Source of the DNA: Nitrososphaerota archaeon
GTDB taxonomy: Archaea; Thermoproteota; Nitrososphaeria_A; Caldarchaeales; Caldarchaeaceae
Direction of reading: 5' to 3'
Length of the DNA: 64,000 nt
Assembly (NCBI GenBank): GCA_041641305.1
Contig: JBEPYN010000001.1
Coordinates: 262,498-326,497 of the forward strand
In this document: positions 62,816 through 64,000 of the stretch, in pieces
How positions within the stretch are numbered: position 1 is the stretch's first letter
How the letters are laid out: the number at the start of each line of letters is the position of its first letter
Position numbers and translations under genes: made by a program
The notes under the pieces: model-generated
The model's database searches: none
Seen by the model: the letters and a program-made list of their open reading frames with translations, nothing else
What the model was told of the DNA's origin: nothing

Positions 62816-64000
62816 GGTTCTCAACAGCGTGGTAAAGGTTTTACGGGACGCTGTGTTGGAGAGGTTTAGCGACCTCACTCCTCCCCAGATGCAGGCGATT
62901 CCACATATTTTGAACCGTGAGAACATTCTCTTGATGGCTCCGACAGGCACCGGGAAAACGGAGGCCGCCCTCATCCCCCTAATCAATAACCTGCTGCTGT
63001 CCTCTTCTTTCGAGGGTGTGAAAATCCTCTACATAACACCTCTAAGGGCCCTCAACCGTGACCTGCTCGACAGAATAGATTGGTGGGCGAGCCGCTTCGA
63101 TATGACCGTTGGCGTTAGACACGGCGACACAGGGCAGCGGGAGAGAAGAGCCCAGACCCTCTCACCACCCACCATCCTCATAACTACACCCGAGACACTA
63201 CAGATACTCTTGACAGCCCGTACACTGAGGCAGCATCTGCAACGGGTTGAGGCTGTTGTCGTAGACGAGGTGCATGAACTCGCAGGAGACAAACGAGGCA
63301 GCCAACTCTCCCTCGCCTTGGAGAGGCTTGTGGAGATAACTGGGAGAGATTTTCAGCGTATAGGGTTGTCGGCCACCGTTGGCACACCTGAAAAAATCGC
63401 ACAGTTCCTCGTAGGACATGGGAGAAGCTGCGCCATAGTGCGAGTTCCCCTGTCCAAGTCTCTCCAGCTCTCGGTTGAGTATCCCGACCCTGACGAAAAC
63501 GATTACGAGCTTGCTGAGAATCTCTCGATTCATCCCGATGTGGCTGCGAGGCTCAGCCTAATCAGAAGACTCGTCGACCAACACGAGTCCACACTCGTCT
63601 TCACAAACACAAGGCCGCTATCAGAGATTTTGACCAACAGGTTCAGGGCATGGGACGAGGCCGCACCCATAGGAATACATCACGGGAGCCTCGCCAAATC
63701 AACCCGCATAGGCGCGGAACAAGCCTTGAAGACTGGTGGCCTCTCGGGAGTCGTCTGCACATCCTCCCTCGAGATGGGTATCGACGTGGGCCGCATAGAG
63801 CTCTGTATACAGTACAATTCCCCACGGGAGGTGACGCGGCTCGTCCAACGTGTGGGCAGAAGCGGCCACACCGTCTCAGGCACGGCAAAAGGGGTTATAA
63901 TCGTCACGGACTCGGACGATGCCTTGGAGAGCCTCGCAATCACAAGAAGAGCTTACAGCGACTTGATAGAGGATGTCCTTGTTTTTGAGAATAGTTATGA
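62796..64000 (+). CDS. Lhr-like DEAD/DEAH-box ATP-dependent helicase (5' part; continues beyond the window)
   Basis: Own translation from the ATG at 62796 gives motif I 'APTGTGKTEAALIP', Ia 'ITPLRALNRD', II 'DEVHEL', III 'SATVG' and motif VI-like 'QRVGRSGH'. The frame stays open to the window end. Not in the ORF track, presumably because no stop lies within the window. Confidence 0.75.
   Translation, partial: MSRQGLEVLNSVVKVLRDAVLERFSDLTPPQMQAIPHILNRENILLMAPTGTGKTEAALIPLINNLLLSSSFEGVKILYITPLRALNRDLLDRIDWWASRFDMTVGVRHGDTGQRERRAQTLSPPTILITTPETLQILLTARTLRQHLQRVEAVVVDEVHELAGDKRGSQLSLALERLVEITGRDFQRIGLSATVGTPEKIAQFLVGHGRSCAIVRVPLSKSLQLSVEYPDPDENDYELAENLSIHPDVAARLSLIRRLVDQHESTLVFTNTRPLSEILTNRFRAWDEAAPIGIHHGSLAKSTRIGAEQALKTGGLSGVVCTSSLEMGIDVGRIELCIQYNSPREVTRLVQRVGRSGHTVSGTAKGVIIVTDSDDALESLAITRRAYSDLIEDVLVFENSY

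Noticed and set aside
1-64000. CRISPR arrays, rRNA genes, and transposase/integrase/IS elements
   Set aside because: By eye I found no regularly spaced direct repeats of 25-40 bp and no rRNA-like conserved stretches. No ORF carries DDE/tyrosine-recombinase signatures, and the single tRNA gene is not flanked by integrase or phage-like genes.

Overview
This window is a dense, GC-rich archaeal chromosomal segment. Its crenarchaeal/TACK-like signatures are a crenarchaeal-style archaellum locus, an archaeal histone, a thermosome, the split tRNA-intron endonuclease subunit, archaeal type-II GAPDH and a leaderless-looking gene organisation. I call about 70 protein genes plus one tRNA-Ala(GGC). I see no rRNA, no CRISPR array and no transposase- or integrase-like ORFs.

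Gene content in order along the window:
- a JAMM/MPN protein followed by a coiled-coil protein;
- the archaeal mevalonate entry trio (HMG-CoA synthase, thiolase, DUF35) with a divergent Lrp/AsnC regulator;
- an HAD-IIA phosphatase and a CBS-pair protein;
- an M1 aminopeptidase with C-terminal HEAT repeats;
- a PQQ-type beta-propeller dehydrogenase;
- tRNA-Ala, then pgk-gap-HAD;
- a divergent branched-chain amino-acid ABC transporter, with a PduO-type corrinoid adenosyltransferase coupled to its permeases;
- the archaellum locus (flaB divergent from flaX-G-F-H-I-J plus a small trailing gene);
- an AsnA-like class-II aaRS paralog coupled to a glutamate-synthase FMN-domain protein;
- glmS, a MobA-like nucleotidyltransferase, a DUF47 protein and the tRNA splicing endonuclease;
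- a tightly coupled etfB-etfA-fixCX cluster followed by a tandem rhodanese and a GcvH-like/TusA-like fusion protein;
- gcvT-gcvPA-gcvPB with no gcvH beside them;
- tpi and a second minimal JAMM protein;
- the pstSCAB-phoU operon plus a second PhoU-like regulator;
- pterin dehydratase and chorismate synthase;
- an 863-aa membrane-anchored extracellular metzincin-motif protein;
- trmI, archaeal adenylate kinase, a histone, the thermosome, an acyl-CoA dehydrogenase and the 5' part of an Lhr-like helicase.

The stretch I find most interesting is 33.6-40.5 kb. There, an ETF/FixABCX electron-transfer module is fused into one gene string with a rhodanese and a protein joining a degenerate (apparently non-lipoylatable) H-protein domain to a Cys-retaining TusA-like domain. 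I read this as a candidate uncharacterised sulfur-trafficking/electron-transfer system. All functional calls rest on motif recognition by eye, gene order and established family knowledge; no database searches were run.
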